Shown here: positions 11,119 to 20,038 of the stretch, piece by piece
Position numbering within the stretch: position 1 is the first letter of the stretch
How the letters are laid out: each line of letters starts with the position of its first letter
Virus record (IMG/VR): IMGVR_UViG_3300037488_001694
DNA from: an uncultured virus (IMG/VR IMGVR_UViG_3300037488_001694)
Taxonomy: Duplodnaviria > Heunggongvirae > Uroviricota > Caudoviricetes
Strand: one strand, 5' to 3'
DNA length: 64,000 nucleotides
The notes under the pieces: model-generated
What the model was told of the DNA's origin: nothing
Database searches by the model: none
Seen by the model: only the letters and a program-made list of their open reading frames with translations
Translations under genes and position numbers: made by a program

Positions 11119-11642
11119 ACCTACAAGAAAACATATCAAGGATTAAATCAATGATGGGTCTTGTTACAGAAACAAGACAAGGAATGTTTAATTGGTTAAA
11201 AGAAAAACTACCAAACACTCCTGAATATGTAATAAGAGATTGGGTTTATAAAATGATTACACAATCAGATGATGTAAACACATATGAAGGTATTACAGAA
11301 TGGATTGATGAATGGGTTAAAGATTTAGAGTGGGAATATCAGAAAGATTTTCCAATATCAATGGATATATTTACTGATAAAACAAAAAAAGAGTTGGAAA
11401 GTAGAATTCAAGGGGAAGTAAGACAAGATGTTGGTAAAGATACTGAAAGACACGAAACTCAAAAAGAATTACTACAAAGTGTGGGAATATCTGAAGAACC
11501 AATTATTTTGTTTAAAACTAGAGATGGAAAATATGAATTAGGTGAGGGGTGGCACAGAACAACACAAACATTCATTCAATTCCCCGACGGATTTATACAA
11601 CCAAATGTGTATATTGGATTAAACGCAAAATGGTTAGAATAA
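11115..11642 (+). CDS. tagged ParB/Srx-like protein
   Basis: Start reassigned to MNLQENISRIK; EEPIIL...YELGEGWHR motif. Confidence 0.7.
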   Translation: MNLQENISRIKSMMGLVTETRQGMFNWLKEKLPNTPEYVIRDWVYKMITQSDDVNTYEGITEWIDEWVKDLEWEYQKDFPISMDIFTDKTKKELESRIQGEVRQDVGKDTERHETQKELLQSVGISEEPIILFKTRDGKYELGEGWHRTTQTFIQFPDGFIQPNVYIGLNAKWLE

Positions 11643-11643
11643 T

Positions 11644-12258
11644 ATGAACCTACAAGAATCCATAAGAAGAATATTAAGGGAAGATAAACAACTCATCCCA
11701 ATGATCCGACGCAGGATTCGGCATGATGATTTAGAAAGAGAATTTAGCGAATCCTTAATATCCGCTAGAGATATGTTTTCATATAGTGAAAACCGTGGTC
11801 AGACAATGACACGAACACAATTCACAAATGGAGTGGTATCACGTATGATAGATAGGATTCATTATGAAATACATAGTACAATGCCAGAAGATTCACAATG
11901 GTATGATAATGTATATGATAGTTTAAAAGATTATTATAAAGATAAAATAAATAATTACTATGATAATTTAATTGGAAAAGTATTAGAAGAATCAAGATTT
12001 TTTCAAAGAAGAATTGATTTAGATGGGTTAAAAAAAATACTTTCATTTTTTGCTCATCAAATGTATTATGAAACGAATGATTATGAAGGATTCAAATTTC
12101 ATTTAACATTAAAGTCGGTGGAAGCAATTATGGATAATGTATATGATATGGGATGGGATGAATTACCAGAAAAAGAAGAAGTAGAATTTGTTACAAAAGT
12201 ATCGGATATATTTGAGGACAAAATTAAAGAATTGTATAACTATTATAATAAAAGATAA
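11644..12258 (+). CDS. tagged two-module acidic helical protein
   Basis: MNLQESIRRILRE tag; second module closely similar to the C-terminus of 8745..9674. Confidence 0.85.
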   Translation: MNLQESIRRILREDKQLIPMIRRRIRHDDLEREFSESLISARDMFSYSENRGQTMTRTQFTNGVVSRMIDRIHYEIHSTMPEDSQWYDNVYDSLKDYYKDKINNYYDNLIGKVLEESRFFQRRIDLDGLKKILSFFAHQMYYETNDYEGFKFHLTLKSVEAIMDNVYDMGWDELPEKEEVEFVTKVSDIFEDKIKELYNYYNKR

Positions 12259-12755
12259 TGAACTTAAAAGAACACATAAAGAAAGTATTAAGGGAAGAAT
12301 CGTCAATTAAGAATAACCTTAAAGGTATGATTGATCATTATGGATTTAAAAATGCCGCAAAGGCCGTTGGTGGAGGTAAAAAATTAATGAATATATTAAA
12401 TCTTGATGGTGAGGAGCTTGATGAATTTATTTATAAATACCTAACGGAAAATATACATCCTGATTATAATTGGGGTTCTGAAGATGAGCCATTAAAACAA
12501 CAGATTAAAAGAAATATTAAAAGTTACGGTCACCAAACATTTTATATAAATGATGATGACGCGTATTCTTATTTTGGTGAATGGGATGGGTATGATTATT
12601 TATCTTTACTGGTTATAAATAAATGGGTTATAAATGAATTAACATCAATATTTGGTGATAAATGGATCCCAACATTTAAAAGATGGTTTGAGGATAACTC
12701 AGGTCTTGAGGTCAGGGAAATAGATTTAGAAGGGAGGTTTTTACATGAATACTAA
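12258..12755 (+). CDS. tagged hypothetical protein
   Basis: MNLKEHIKKVLREE tag; AKAVGG subdomain shared with 5595 and 6826. Confidence 0.85.
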   Translation: MNLKEHIKKVLREESSIKNNLKGMIDHYGFKNAAKAVGGGKKLMNILNLDGEELDEFIYKYLTENIHPDYNWGSEDEPLKQQIKRNIKSYGHQTFYINDDDAYSYFGEWDGYDYLSLLVINKWVINELTSIFGDKWIPTFKRWFEDNSGLEVREIDLEGRFLHEY

Positions 12756-13599
12756 GTTACTACAAGAAACCATACAAAGGATATTAAGGGAAGAAGATTA
12801 TTCTCCGGCAGGTAAAGAAATTATACCCAATTCAATCATTGTTCATAAATCTAATCCTGTATGGAGAGAAAACATATTAAAGACTGGGTTACAAGTAAGT
12901 GCTGGGGAGTGTTACAAGACTTATGTTGGGTATGGAGTTAAATGTAAACCTGCGATATTTGCAACCAACTCAACAAACAAAAGAGCATGGTTTGATTCAA
13001 CATACGACGACGACATATGGGAAATAAATACAGAAATGATTCCTGATGTTAAATGGTATAAAGATAGACATTTTGAGTCAAGGTCGAAACATATTGTGAC
13101 ATTTCAAGATATACCAAAAGAAGCATTAACTTTAAAATATAAAGGAACGGGAAGTGGAGATGTGGAAATATGGGATAAAGATTCGCCAAATTTATTTGAG
13201 GAATCCATAAGAAGAGTATTGAGGGAAGAAGTTGGTTTGATTGACAGATTACGAAAACTATTTCCAAAGAAAGAACTTACAACCGAAGAGAAAAGAATAG
13301 ATCTTATTGTAAGATACCTCATCCCAATGTTTAAATTACAATCACACAAAAATATAAACTCTGAAGGTCATAAGACAATTAGTGTAATAAGTTTTAATAG
13401 TGACGGTAATAGTACTGTAATGAAATATTATCCTGAATTTAAAAGGTTAGAATATACATGGGGGTTTGCCGAAAAAATACATAAAATGTTTCCACACAAA
13501 GATCTTTTACATTTAGATAGCGAGATGATAGGGCAACTGTTCACAAGGTTATATAAAAAAAAGGTTGATAGAGTTGAAGGATATAGATACTTATCATAA
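12745..13599 (+). CDS. tagged two-module protein; first module ADP-ribosyltransferase/Tpt1-like fold (tentative)
   Basis: VHKS...ENILKTGL...AIFAT...IWEIN...DIP pattern; internal tag EESIRRVLREE. Confidence 0.55.
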   Translation: MNTKLLQETIQRILREEDYSPAGKEIIPNSIIVHKSNPVWRENILKTGLQVSAGECYKTYVGYGVKCKPAIFATNSTNKRAWFDSTYDDDIWEINTEMIPDVKWYKDRHFESRSKHIVTFQDIPKEALTLKYKGTGSGDVEIWDKDSPNLFEESIRRVLREEVGLIDRLRKLFPKKELTTEEKRIDLIVRYLIPMFKLQSHKNINSEGHKTISVISFNSDGNSTVMKYYPEFKRLEYTWGFAEKIHKMFPHKDLLHLDSEMIGQLFTRLYKKKVDRVEGYRYLS

Positions 13600-13600
13600 T

Positions 13601-14518
13601 ATGAAAGATTTAATAAGATTAATATTAAGGGAAGAAACTGAAACAAATATGTTTAAAGGGTTTGATGTATCAAAATTTAAGAATCAGGATCCGCCAGATA
13701 ACGAAAGTGAGGAAACCAAAAAAGAAATAAAATACTTACGATCAATTAAATTAAATAATAAATTCTTTAAGGATAAAGATGATATCTTGGAAAACTTCAC
13801 AGATTTTTTGGATGAGAAAGAAGTTAAGTATGACAAAGAACTTTTAAAGAAATTGATTAATAACTCCAAAGATATTATTTTAATATTAAAAGATCACTAT
13901 AAAAGACCAAGACCGTTTAAATTAGATAAAACATTTAAGGATCCGGCATTAAAATCAACCACAGGTTATTCTTATCCATCAGGACACTCAACACAATCCA
14001 ATTTGGTTAGCATGGTGTTAGGTAAAATGTATCCCAAATATAAGAAAGATTTTATTAAGATTGCGGAAGACATTATGTATTCAAGACAAATGGCCAAAGC
14101 ACATTACCCATCAGATATAAAGTTCGGTAAGAAATTGGCAACGGCATTGTTTAATTATTTGGTTAATAACAATCTTATTAAAGGTAATATAAATGAGAAT
14201 AATGATAAATTAACAGGTAGAAGATTATTATATATAGCGGATGAATACCTTGAAGATAATTTAGATCCAAAGGATGTATGTAATTATTGGACAACAGATG
14301 AGGCAACTCTTTATGTAAACGAAACAATAGGTGAAATTACAAGATATATAACAGATAAAATTTTTGATGTTAGAAACTATGGTCTTGATAATAGTGATGA
14401 ATGGGGGAGAATTTTTGATCTAACATACGGTCTTCTATTAGAGTTAAACTACGACCGTAAAGTTAGGGATTTCTTTTATGATGCAATCGGTAATTGTGAA
14501 CAACATCTCCTCCATTAA
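13601..14518 (+). CDS. tagged PAP2-superfamily phosphatase plus C-terminal acidic module
   Basis: KxxxxRPRP, SYPSGH, SRxxxxxHYPSD catalytic motifs; start reassigned to MKDLIRLILREE. Confidence 0.88.
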   Translation: MKDLIRLILREETETNMFKGFDVSKFKNQDPPDNESEETKKEIKYLRSIKLNNKFFKDKDDILENFTDFLDEKEVKYDKELLKKLINNSKDIILILKDHYKRPRPFKLDKTFKDPALKSTTGYSYPSGHSTQSNLVSMVLGKMYPKYKKDFIKIAEDIMYSRQMAKAHYPSDIKFGKKLATALFNYLVNNNLIKGNINENNDKLTGRRLLYIADEYLEDNLDPKDVCNYWTTDEATLYVNETIGEITRYITDKIFDVRNYGLDNSDEWGRIFDLTYGLLLELNYDRKVRDFFYDAIGNCEQHLLH

Positions 14519-14538
14519 CAATGGAGGATTTTTTTTTC
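14508..14538 (+). terminator. intrinsic terminator
   Basis: tcctccatt/aatggagga stem followed by T8. Confidence 0.85.
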
Positions 14539-14568
14539 GTATTTGTTTGGCAAATTAAATATTATGTT

Positions 14569-14576
14569 TAACTTTG
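14569..14576 (+). promoter_or_regulatory. Bacteroidota sigma-A -7 element TAACTTTG (representative copy)
   Basis: Matches TAnnTTTG; TTTG about 20 nt upstream; ATG 4 nt downstream. Confidence 0.7.
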
Positions 14577-14580
14577 TCTT

Positions 14581-15078
14581 ATGGAAAAAGTATGTAACAC
14601 TTGTAATACATCAAAACCAATCTCTGAATATAGAGGTAGGAAACAATGTAAATCCTGTGAGAACAAAAATAGGTACAAAAGAAACAAGTTGAGAAAACAG
14701 ACGGACCAAAAGTTTTATACTGAGTGGAAAGCAAAGGACGTAGAGAGAAAGAGAAGAAAAGAAAAGGAGAATCCGATGACAGGGTTTATTCAGATCATGA
14801 GAGTTTGTGTAAGAAAAGGTCTGAGTAGAAAAGGTTATACAAAGAAATCAAGAGCATATGAAATATTGGGGGCTGAGTGGGACTTTGTTAAGAACTACAT
14901 AGAGTCAATGTTTAAAGAAGGAATGACATGGGAAAACCATGGAGAGTGGCACATAGATCACATCATTCCAATATCGTCAGGAAAAACTGAGGATGAGGTT
15001 ATTAAGTTATGTCATTATAGTAATCTTCAACCGTTATGGGCGGAAGAGAATTTACTAAAGGGTGATAAGGTATTGTAA
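14581..15078 (+). CDS. HNH endonuclease with N-terminal Zn finger
   Basis: CNTC...CKSC; WENHGEWHIDHIIP...HYSNLQPLWAEENLLK. Confidence 0.9.
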   Translation: MEKVCNTCNTSKPISEYRGRKQCKSCENKNRYKRNKLRKQTDQKFYTEWKAKDVERKRRKEKENPMTGFIQIMRVCVRKGLSRKGYTKKSRAYEILGAEWDFVKNYIESMFKEGMTWENHGEWHIDHIIPISSGKTEDEVIKLCHYSNLQPLWAEENLLKGDKVL

Positions 15079-15100
15079 TTAAAAAATAAATCAGAATAAT

Positions 15101-15187
15101 ATGTTATATACGATTATAGGGGTCATTGGACTAACGATAATAGTTGTATCTTGGGTTTCAATAGTCCTGATATTACTTGAAAAATAA
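15101..15187 (+). CDS. small membrane peptide (28 aa)
   Basis: MLYTIIGVIGLTIIVVSWVSIVLILLEK, a single hydrophobic helix. Confidence 0.45.
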   Translation: MLYTIIGVIGLTIIVVSWVSIVLILLEK

Positions 15188-15207
15188 AATATGATATATT
15201 TATAGAT

Positions 15208-15591
15208 ATGGAAAAAGTGATTAGATTAACAGAATCCGATTTGGCTCGTATCGTTAAAAGGGTTATTAGTGAAGGATCTCAAGATGATAAATTGGATATG
15301 TACCTTAGAAGAAGGGTCATATCTATTATTGACCTTATAGATAAGAACATTGATGAGGTAGAACAAGAGGGGACTTTGTTTAATGACGAATTTGAATTTG
15401 CTGACAACATTATCAGTTGGGTTGTTCAGGATATGGGAGTACCTGACGATATTGATGAGGGTGAAATTATTGATTTCATAAAGGATGAACATGGTGATTA
15501 CATTTTATCACGTTTTAATTCTGAGGACGAAGAAGATGATGATGATGATAATTGGGACGATGACGATTGGGATGACGACGAAGAATATTAA
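15208..15591 (+). CDS. tagged highly acidic protein
   Basis: MEKVIRLTESDLARIVKRVISE tag; TATTTATA at 15197-15204. Confidence 0.88.
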   Translation: MEKVIRLTESDLARIVKRVISEGSQDDKLDMYLRRRVISIIDLIDKNIDEVEQEGTLFNDEFEFADNIISWVVQDMGVPDDIDEGEIIDFIKDEHGDYILSRFNSEDEEDDDDDNWDDDDWDDDEEY

Positions 15592-15595
15592 ATAG

Positions 15596-15623
15596 ATCCT
15601 CCACTAAATGTGAGGGATTTTTT
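15596..15623 (+). terminator. intrinsic terminator
   Basis: atcctccac...gtgagggat plus T-run; similar to 14508 and 15990. Confidence 0.75.
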
Positions 15624-15643
15624 ATTTCCATATATTTATTAGT

Positions 15644-15985
15644 ATGAACTTACAGGAGAGTATAATAAGAATATTAAGGGAAGAAACCAATTACCTAAGA
15701 ATGTTGTCACGTAGATTACCTGACTATGATAAAGAAAAGATGGATAAGGAATTTAACTCGTCATTAAACTATATATCAAAAATCTTCATAAGGAATTACA
15801 AGTCAGACTCAACAAAACTATCATTACACGAGTTCACAAGAATGGTCATAACGGATCTTATAACTTTATTAGAAATAAGACATTATTTCCCTAATGATGT
15901 GGAGTGGTATGAAGATTTAGTTAAGGATTTATCCAAGCACTACCAAAAAAGAATTACATCAATGTATAATGTATTAAAGAGATAA
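15644..15985 (+). CDS. tagged helical protein
   Basis: MNLQESIIRILREE tag; related to the first module of 11644. Confidence 0.85.
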   Translation: MNLQESIIRILREETNYLRMLSRRLPDYDKEKMDKEFNSSLNYISKIFIRNYKSDSTKLSLHEFTRMVITDLITLLEIRHYFPNDVEWYEDLVKDLSKHYQKRITSMYNVLKR

Positions 15986-15989
15986 ATAG

Positions 15990-16017
15990 ATCCTCCACTA
16001 ACAATGGGGGATTTTTT
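15990..16017 (+). terminator. intrinsic terminator
   Basis: atcctcca...tgggggat plus T6. Confidence 0.8.
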
Positions 16018-16078
16018 GTTTATATGAATATTATTTGTATCTTTGTGGTGTATTAATTTATTAATTAAAAACAAGTGT

Positions 16079-16516
16079 ATGATTAAGATCTCAAAAAAGT
16101 ATAGTGGTATTATAATGGAACTTGGTAATTCAGTATCACCTGAAGATATTATTGGTATGTATAATGAACTTGTTGCCTCTGAAGGTGAGTCAAGCCCATT
16201 AGAAAAATATGAAGATGAATGTTTTTGGAATGATTCTATGGATGAAATACCGGTTGATGTTATTCTTGATGAATTAAATTACGCAATTAGTGATGATGAG
16301 GATTATTATTACTCTCCCGTTAAAAAGACAGGTAGAGTTAGCGATAATGAATTTGTGTTAAGTGATTCGGGGATTAGCGAGCACAAAATTACCTTTAACC
16401 CAAAAAGAGATGAATACGAATTTAGACATTCGACAAAAAATGGTGGACAGGGTATGACAATACTAACTGATGAAAGTATGAAATCATTACTTAATTTTTT
16501 AACCAAACGTAACTAA
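16079..16516 (+). CDS. hypothetical protein (untagged)
   Basis: ORF downstream of TATCTTTG (16038-16045); start reassigned to MIKISKK. Confidence 0.75.
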   Translation: MIKISKKYSGIIMELGNSVSPEDIIGMYNELVASEGESSPLEKYEDECFWNDSMDEIPVDVILDELNYAISDDEDYYYSPVKKTGRVSDNEFVLSDSGISEHKITFNPKRDEYEFRHSTKNGGQGMTILTDESMKSLLNFLTKRN

Positions 16517-16606
16517 ATATATTAACCCTCACATAATAGTGGGGGATTTTTTTTTCACATTTGATTAATTAAAATAATATGTGTACTTTTGTCAAAAAAT
16601 AATGGT

Positions 16607-17101
16607 ATGAATAATAAAATAAAAAGAAAACCAAATGGTTATTGGACTTATGATAAAGTATGGGAAACGGCTTTAAAGTATTTTACAAGATCGGAATTTA
16701 GTGAAGGAAATAAACCAGCTTATAGTAAAGCAATTAGAAGTGGTTGGATTGATGACGTAACAAAACACATGACAAGCATAAAAAGAAAACCAAAAAATTA
16801 TTGGACATATGATAGGGTAGAAGAAGAGGCTAAAAAATATAATAGAATATCGGAATTTAGGAAAGGATCTGAATCGGCTTATGGTAAGGCCTTTAGAAGT
16901 GGTTGGTTAGATGATGTAACAAAACATATGGTACAAGTTATAAAACCAAGAGGTTATTGGACATATGATAGGGTAGAAGAAGAGGCTAAAAAATATAATA
17001 CAAGATCGGAATTCAAAAGGGCAAATAGATCGGCTTATAATAGAGCCTATAAAAATGGTTGGATTGATGACGTAACAAAACATTATGTCAAAACAAAATA
17101 A
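16607..17101 (+). CDS. three-repeat basic protein (homing-endonuclease-associated type repeat, no nuclease domain seen)
   Basis: Three ~52-aa copies of KP.GYWTY..V.E.A.KY..RSEF.....AY..A...GW.DDVTKH; TACTTTTG at 16584-16591. Confidence 0.8.
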   Translation: MNNKIKRKPNGYWTYDKVWETALKYFTRSEFSEGNKPAYSKAIRSGWIDDVTKHMTSIKRKPKNYWTYDRVEEEAKKYNRISEFRKGSESAYGKAFRSGWLDDVTKHMVQVIKPRGYWTYDRVEEEAKKYNTRSEFKRANRSAYNRAYKNGWIDDVTKHYVKTK

Positions 17102-17357
17102 TAAAAAAAGAAAAATTAGATTTAATGATCAGGTCATTAGATTATTTAGTAAGTCAATAAAAATTGGTGAACTATATCCCGATATGGAGTTTGCCACTGC
17201 CAAATTATATAATGGGGTTCATTGTGTATTTGAGACAACTTCAGGTTATGTCATAGGACAAGGTAAAACTTATTTACATTCTCGTAATAACGCTATAGAG
17301 TTTCTAAATAAAACAGATGGTAAATTTAATCAGATAGTTAATTTCTATAAGTTATAA
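17085..17357 (+). CDS. hypothetical protein
   Basis: 90-aa ORF overlapping the previous stop. Confidence 0.6.
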   Translation: MSKQNNKKRKIRFNDQVIRLFSKSIKIGELYPDMEFATAKLYNGVHCVFETTSGYVIGQGKTYLHSRNNAIEFLNKTDGKFNQIVNFYKL

Positions 17358-17460
17358 GAGTATACGATCAAATCATTCACTCCATCCTACCGTTCGTAAA
17401 CTCACTACGGATTTCATTCATAATTTTATCCTACACTCTTATTTCCCCCCATTTATTACA

Positions 17461-17693
17461 AGACCCCCAGATATAAGTAGACAATAAGTAAATGATATAT
17501 GATCTGATGAGGTGTTCACTCTCAGAGAATGTTCAGTGTCACTGAACACATTAAATGACTGAACATAAAGGTAGATCGTTTAGTGTGTTAATGATGGATC
17601 ATCTAAGATAATAACCTTTGGTTATATAAATGAAATGATCACTTAATAACTATGTTTTACTTATTAAAAAAGTTGTCTATTATTAGGGGGTCT
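17461..17693. repeat. long imperfect inverted repeat in non-coding DNA
   Basis: agaccccc/gggggtct, tagacaa/ttgtcta and taagtaaa/tttactta nested in register. Confidence 0.7.
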
Positions 17694-18034
17694 GAGGTTG
17701 AATGGATCCCTGACGGGTCGTTGAAGTTATCTACTAAGTGATCTATTAGTGATCTACTAACGTCCTAAAGGACTGTCCACCGCTCATGTTCTTTAACTAT
17801 GTGTTTTTCGCTGGACTTTACATATAGTAAAAAAAATGGTCCTGTAGGTATCAGGAGAGGGGATTTATTGGTCCTCACCATAGCAACAGAACCATAATGG
17901 TGGAACAAAGTGGGGGGAATTAGTATAGAGGTGGGGAACCAAAACCCTGTAAAGGGACTATCCCCTATTCAAAGCAGACATGACATTTTGACATAATCAA
18001 GTAAATTAACAAATATTTATTAACAAAAACCCCC

Positions 18035-18331
18035 ATGATGATAGAGATATTCAAGGAATTCAAAACTGAGGTACAAGAAATTAATGGTACCAAAACCGTG
18101 ACATATTGTCATCCCACTTTCCCCCACTTCTCAGGAGTGTGTGAATATGAGGAGAAGATAATTACAGGAGTTAATAAACCGATAAGACAGAGAGTAATGA
18201 TCTTGGTCAATTGTGAGATGGGGGATGTAATAGAGTTCATACACAAAAAATCCCCACTAACAAGTGAGGATCTAATGTTGATCAATAAATTGATCAGGGA
18301 TCATTCATACGAAATGGTGACATCAAATTAA
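18035..18331 (+). CDS. hypothetical protein
   Basis: 98-aa ORF preceded by ATATTTAT. Confidence 0.65.
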   Translation: MMIEIFKEFKTEVQEINGTKTVTYCHPTFPHFSGVCEYEEKIITGVNKPIRQRVMILVNCEMGDVIEFIHKKSPLTSEDLMLINKLIRDHSYEMVTSN

Positions 18332-18336
18332 CCTTT

Positions 18337-18504
18337 TCAACGAGGGGGATCCAGATCGTGATCGGTAATAATATGTTTACGAATCCAATTTGATAGTTTA
18401 GATTCGGGACGATGGATAAGTGTGTAATAAGAAACACACGCGAACAACAGTATCAACACAACTATGCTGATAACAGTGAAGAGGATGGTTAACAATATAG
18501 TCAT
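18337..18504 (-). CDS. small membrane protein (55 aa), not in ORF track
   Basis: MTILLTILFTVISIVVLILLFACVSYYTL...WIRKHIITD; ATGA-coupled to the upstream ORF. Confidence 0.65.
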   Translation of the reverse strand: MTILLTILFTVISIVVLILLFACVSYYTLIHRPESKLSNWIRKHIITDHDLDPPR

Positions 18505-18638
18505 TCCTCTTCTTCTTTTACAATTTCTATTTCCCTAATCATACCAAACGAGGGGGTAAAGTTATGGATCCAATTAAACAATGACAGGCCAAACACAAGG
18601 CTGAACATAACAACGATTACTTCAATACTACTTTTCAT
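18501..18638 (-). CDS. small membrane protein (45 aa), not in ORF track
   Basis: MKSSIEVIVVMFSLVFGLSLFNW...EEEE; TATACTTG -7-like element just upstream. Confidence 0.55.
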   Translation of the reverse strand: MKSSIEVIVVMFSLVFGLSLFNWIHNFTPSFGMIREIEIVKEEEE

Positions 18639-18713
18639 AGTACAAGTATAAGAAAAATAAATTGGTTAGACAATATGTTTTTTATTAAAGTTGATTATAT
18701 TTATAATAGATCA

Positions 18714-18817
18714 TTCACCCCACAGTAGGGAGTTAGTTGTTCAGTAACCTTAATGGTACGTAAAGGATAAGATGATCACAACAACAAATCTGACAATCTC
18801 TCATTACCGTGGGGGAA
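18714..18817 (+). ncRNA. candidate small structured RNA
   Basis: Follows TATTTATA (18698-18705); ends pair (ccccac..gta..gggag / ctctc..tac..gtgggg); T-run follows. Confidence 0.45.
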
Positions 18818-18981
18818 ATTTTTTATGCTTATTTTTTTTAATAAGCAGGTTGGAGTATACCCTCTGCGAAGGTCATTCCCCCGAACCCGACTCTGATCCC
18901 TCAACCGTCTATACAAAGATATGGATTATAATTGACACTGCCAAACATTATATTAATTATTTTATTCGTATATTTATAGCC

Positions 18982-19488
18982 ATGGAAAAGAATTATGTAG
19001 ATGACATGACCCCCAAGCAACAGATGGGGTTTAAAGTACTGACTTCAATTGTTAGAAAGAAATATCCTTTCATTAAAGATATAACGATCCCAATACCATT
19101 GGACCAATATGGATCCTTCCTGATCCCCAATATTATATTTGATCTTGAGGATCTATGGAAGTTCTATAATACCAAACCCCCAACGTATTATAATGATAAT
19201 CCATATCTATATAAACTATTGAAACAACCCCACTCCTACCTGATGACCTACGTTGATGAACAGTATGAAGGTAAGTTTGGTTATGAATATAATAATCAAC
19301 TTGAACAATATATGCATGACGCATATAGATCACTACCTAAAGATATGAAATACCTACAGTATGAGAAATGGGATGGGGAAGATGATATTGAAACATCAAT
19401 CAAGTCAGATCAATATACAGTGGAGTTTAGGATCAGAGACTTTGTTCCTATCTTTGATTCATCTAAGTACTACACTGAAGATCTTTAA
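18982..19488 (+). CDS. hypothetical protein
   Basis: Start reassigned to MEKNY, just after TATTTATA. Confidence 0.8.
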   Translation: MEKNYVDDMTPKQQMGFKVLTSIVRKKYPFIKDITIPIPLDQYGSFLIPNIIFDLEDLWKFYNTKPPTYYNDNPYLYKLLKQPHSYLMTYVDEQYEGKFGYEYNNQLEQYMHDAYRSLPKDMKYLQYEKWDGEDDIETSIKSDQYTVEFRIRDFVPIFDSSKYYTEDL

Positions 19489-19798
19489 TACGTTATACCT
19501 TGGGGGATATCTCCTCTATCCCCTCCCCTATATGGGTATTACCCCCTCCCCCCTCCCGTATGCCCCCCATATATAGGGTTTTTTGGGTCAAAAAGGGGGG
19601 GTGATCCCTTAAACAAAGTATTCGTGAAAAAAATTCTGGAAAAATTTTTGGGTAAATTGGGGAACTACCCCCACTCTATAAATGTGTTAGGTTTACAATA
19701 TGTAAAGTAAAACCCTTCTAATATGTAAAGTGGATCCCCAATTATTAATTACTGAAAAAAAATTTGGATAATTAAAATGTAATATATACCTTTGTAAA

Positions 19799-20038
19799 AT
19801 GAAAACACTATTTTTTATTTTACCTTTGACGATCCAATATGGATTAAACATTGGGGGTGGTAAATGTACGGGGACGGTCAATACCACAATTTCATATTCT
19901 TGGACTGATACTGTGTATCTTGATGTTTCAATGGAGGATACCAATATTGAAGAGAGAATATTCTATGTTGGAGATCATCCCCCCAAATTAAACGACAAGA
20001 TTACATTTGATTGTTCACAGGTTATTAAAGTTAAATGA
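19799..20038 (+). CDS. hypothetical secreted/membrane protein
   Basis: Hydrophobic N-terminus; TACCTTTG at 19787-19794. Confidence 0.7.
   Translation: MKTLFFILPLTIQYGLNIGGGKCTGTVNTTISYSWTDTVYLDVSMEDTNIEERIFYVGDHPPKLNDKITFDCSQVIKVK

Noticed and set aside
17504..17570. Hammerhead ribozyme (CTGATGA present)
   Set aside because: No correctly placed GAAA after stem II and no stem I/III closure found.
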